The notes beneath the pieces were generated by a model. That model ran no database searches. It worked only from the letters and a program-made list of their open reading frames with translations, and was not told the DNA's origin. Positions 60,919 through 64,000 of a stretch of 64,000 nucleotides of DNA are shown here, piece by piece (the stretch's first letter is position 1; the number at the start of each line of letters is the position of its first letter). The position numbers were made by a program, and so were the translations under genes. The DNA comes from Candidatus Bathyarchaeota archaeon (GTDB lineage: Archaea; Thermoproteota; Bathyarchaeia; Bathyarchaeales; Bathycorpusculaceae). Location: the NCBI GenBank assembly GCA_963707955.1, contig OY970176.1, positions 864,001-928,000 on the forward strand. Reading direction: 5' to 3'.

Positions 60919-61117
60919 CGAATCAAAACCATTTTTGACCATTTTAGGAACACGCATGCGCGCTATCTTATGCGAGTGAGCGCAAAATCAATAAATATCA
61001 GTGAACGGCAAATTAGCGCGCGCCAGATGGAGTCTGAAATGAACTCATCGGCAAAAAGACCCTATCGAAAAAAGGACTCGCGCTAGACGCAAGCGGATAA
61101 AATCAGCAAAGAGAGGC

Positions 61118-61885
61118 GTGCGTATGCATATGGAATTCTTCAACTCCTATCAGGATGCCAGACGCGCAGAAACCTACGCGAAGCTCGAGTTTCCAGTCAC
61201 GTACTATTTGGCCTACAGGGATCTGCCTGAGATCATACGCGAACATGCCAAAGGGAGAAGAGCACTTGATTTTGGATGCGGAGCTGGACGTTCCACGCGT
61301 TTTCTGCGGAGGCTTGGACTCAACGTTGTCAGCGTTGACATTTCAGAGGACATGCTAAAGAAGGCAAGAGAACTGGACCCCAAGGGCGATTATCGTCTAA
61401 TCGAAGAGGACAACCTAGGCCAGTTTGAGGACAATGCCTACGACCTTGTGCTATCCGCTTTCACGTTCGACAACATTCCCACAATGGAAAAAAAGCTGAG
61501 GAATTTCAAAGAGCTTAGACGTCTGCTGAAGACTGAAGGAACCCTAGTTAACCTGGTCTCGTCACCAGAGATCTACACGCACGAGTGGGCGTCTTTTTCC
61601 ACGAAAGACTTTCCAGAAAACAAACACGCGAAGAGCGGAGACAAAGTGAGAATAATCCAAACAGACCTGAACGATAAGAGGCCGGTGCAGGATGTTGTCT
61701 GGACGGACGAGTCTTACCGAGAGACCTACATGAGGGCCAGGCTTGGATTGGTCAAGACCTACAAGCCATTGGCAAAAGAGAGTGAGCCGTACGAGTGGGT
61801 CAACGAAACGAGGATTGCGCCATGGGTCATCTATGTGCTGAGAAAACTTGGTGGACGCTCTGGCCGAAGCGGGCGCTCTTCTTAG
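61118..61885 (+). CDS. Class I SAM-dependent methyltransferase
   Basis: ALDFGCGAG, VDISEDML, YDLVLS. Confidence 0.9.
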   Translation: MRMHMEFFNSYQDARRAETYAKLEFPVTYYLAYRDLPEIIREHAKGRRALDFGCGAGRSTRFLRRLGLNVVSVDISEDMLKKARELDPKGDYRLIEEDNLGQFEDNAYDLVLSAFTFDNIPTMEKKLRNFKELRRLLKTEGTLVNLVSSPEIYTHEWASFSTKDFPENKHAKSGDKVRIIQTDLNDKRPVQDVVWTDESYRETYMRARLGLVKTYKPLAKESEPYEWVNETRIAPWVIYVLRKLGGRSGRSGRSS

Positions 61886-61945
61886 GGAAGGCTAATAACA
61901 TTGAAAGAAACTCACAACGCTGACTGACAGAAGGGGCAACGAGTC

Positions 61946-62518
61946 ATGGTCGTGGATTTAAATTTTCGTCCGCTCACTTCTGAAACGTGGCAGGATCTTC
62001 AGACGCTTTTTGAAGAGGATAGAGTGTGTCGCGCTTGTTGGTGCATGTGGTGGAGGATTTCAGCATCAGATTGGATGAGGCAGAGGGGCAAAGATAATAG
62101 AGAAGCCATGGAAGCAATAGTGAAATCTGGAAAAGTTGCCGGCATACTGGCTTATTCTGATGACAAACCGATCGGCTGGTGCTCGATATCGCCTAGAGAG
62201 GAATATTGCAGGTTGGAAAGATCCAGAACTCTCAGAAGAATTGATGACAAACTAGTGTGGTCCGTTGTATGTTTCTTCGTTGGTAAACCTTTCAGGGGAC
62301 ACGGTGTTGCAACCAGATTGCTCGAGGCCGCTGTTGCATATGCTGGAAAGCAAGGAGCCAAGATTGTAGAAGGCTATCCAAGCAGGTCAAACGAGAAGCA
62401 ATCAGACCGGTTCGTTTACACTGGCCTTATGTCTTCGTTCGAGAAAGTCGGGTTTCTTGAAGTTCAGAACAGTTCCAAGAGCAAGGCAATCATGCGGTAC
62501 GTGTTTGAAGGCAAGTAG
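61946..62518 (+). CDS. GNAT family acetyltransferase
   Basis: CWCMWWR, VCFFV..PFRGHGVA..LL, VEGYP, FEKVGF. Confidence 0.9.
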   Translation: MVVDLNFRPLTSETWQDLQTLFEEDRVCRACWCMWWRISASDWMRQRGKDNREAMEAIVKSGKVAGILAYSDDKPIGWCSISPREEYCRLERSRTLRRIDDKLVWSVVCFFVGKPFRGHGVATRLLEAAVAYAGKQGAKIVEGYPSRSNEKQSDRFVYTGLMSSFEKVGFLEVQNSSKSKAIMRYVFEGK

Positions 62519-62673
62519 CGACAACGTCTGATCGATGTTAGTAGAAAAGGAGATTTTTGAGAGAGGCATCTCCGTGAGCTATACGATGCGATCAACCCAT
62601 TGGCTTTTTGAAACGATGCCGTTTTCGCTCCCTTTTTGGCTTGTGGTCCACTGGGCTCAAGCACGCTCTGGTT

Positions 62674-63602
62674 TCAAGTTAGGCATAGTATGGCAACGCC
62701 GATGATTGCAACGACTGCCCCTAGAATGCCGCGCCAGTTAGTCTTTTCTCTGTAGATTATCCACACCACTGGAATGATGAGAACTGGCATCAAGGACATC
62801 AATGTCTGCGCAATGCCTGCCGCAATGTAGGCTACAGCCACCATTGAGAGCGTCATGCCCAAGAACGGACCTACCACTGCACCGGCCGCAGTATACTTGA
62901 TTCCCTCTTTGTCCTTCACGGCCCGGTGCAGGTCCGGCAGTTTTCCCGCGAAAAGAGCACAAGTCCACACGAAAACACCTGCCAGCATCATCCGTATCAG
63001 TGCGACAGACACCGGATTCACCGCCACGCTCACGCCGAGGTACATTCCCTTTTTTGAGAGGGCAAGGCCGAACCCTTGACCCATGGCCGAAATCACGCCA
63101 AAAAGCACTCCCCAAGTCTTCCGGTTCTTTGCTGCAACTTCTCTTCCGCCTTCTCTTCCGAAGTCTCCTCCTGCTCCAACAAGACAACGGCGATCCCTGT
63201 CAACGTGACAGCTATTCCAAATATCGCCAATGGTGAGATCGTCTCTCCAGACATCCAGTACGCGCCTAATGCCGCAAATATTGGAGCCGAGGACTGGATT
63301 AGAACCGAACGCCGCGGACCGATCATGACGTACGCTGCAAACAACCCGAAATCACCGATGCCGAGCCCAACGACGCCGCTCAAACCCAGCCATAACCATT
63401 GCCCGCTGCTCGCAAGAGGCAGCAGAGTACCCAACAAAACGACATGAGCACAAGCAAGAAGCCCAATGGCCATTATCGTGCGATACGCGTTGACGCTGAA
63501 CGAACCAAACCTTCTGCCAGCCGACGTGAAAAAGATGCAGCTGAACGTCCATAAGCACGATGTGAGAATCGCAGCTGACTCTCCCAAGACACTTGAGTCC
63601 AA
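62674..63602 (-). pseudogene. EamA/DMT family transporter split by a frameshift near 63140
   Basis: Two EamA halves (63093-63602 and 62674-63108) lie in different frames. Confidence 0.8.
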
Positions 63603-64000
63603 AGGCCTCACTGTTAGATTAGGGCAAAACGACCCGGATAACCTTAAACCTTTCCCACAGTCCGCGCCGTTTAGGTTTAGAACAGCAGTTAGCCACGCGA
63701 GACGAGAAGACATGGATGAACTGGTTCAAGAAACAGAGCATGGCCTCTAAGACGTTCAGAAGGGATCTGCGTGCTTGGATACTGTGAAGATTATGATCAG
63801 GTTAAAGGATAATGCGCATTCTTCATGCGGATGGCCCGAAAACTTCACGAACTTCTCAGAAGGGCTTATGTGGTGCGCGCGTGGAAGCGTATACGTTTTG
63901 CATATACGGAGTAGCGCGCTGAATCATTTACTAATATTCCTGTCTGCTGATGATCTATTTTCTGCAGGAACCTCTGATTCTGATTCTGAATTCATATCTT

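Noticed and set aside
1-64000. CRISPR array, tRNA, rRNA, integrase or transposase
   Set aside because: No regularly spaced repeats, cloverleaf/T-loop signatures or recombinase motifs were recognised by eye. A tRNAscan-SE/Infernal run would be needed to exclude them fully.

Overview
Archaeal chromosomal window. It carries TBP, Alba, a nurA-herA-mre11-rad50 operon, GGTGA/GGAGG ribosome-binding sites and TTTA[T/A]A promoters; the gene content suggests Bathyarchaeia, which is an inference. The centrepiece is a ~20.7 kb island (~23.05-43.83 kb) bounded by an exact 11-bp direct repeat. It encodes a preQ0 (7-cyano-7-deazaguanine) pathway (folE2-type cyclohydrolase, queD, queC, queE) and three different tRNA-guanine-transglycosylase (TGT)-fold proteins. 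One is a clear DpdA with a fused YaaA/DUF6884-like C-terminal domain. Each TGT sits next to its own P-loop AAA ATPase and its own ~280-390 aa uncharacterised, probably winged-helix, protein. The island also encodes candidate effectors: a HerA-like ATPase plus PLD nuclease, an AAA-Zn ribbon-PIN fusion, a stand-alone PIN and a minimal nucleotidyltransferase. DpdB and the DpdE/F/J helicases are not recognisable, so this looks like a non-canonical, multi-module 7-deazaguanine DNA modification/defence system. A second signal is a highly iterated GCGCGC palindrome in nearly every host intergenic gap. It is almost absent from the island and coincides with several gene truncation points. The flanks hold toxin-antitoxin pairs, tiny basic ORFs near Alba and TBP, transporters and housekeeping enzymes. 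Several genes have single-base frameshifts or TAG stops, which may be assembly errors or decay. No rRNA, tRNA, CRISPR array, integrase or transposase was recognised. All family assignments come from motif recognition by eye, not from database searches.
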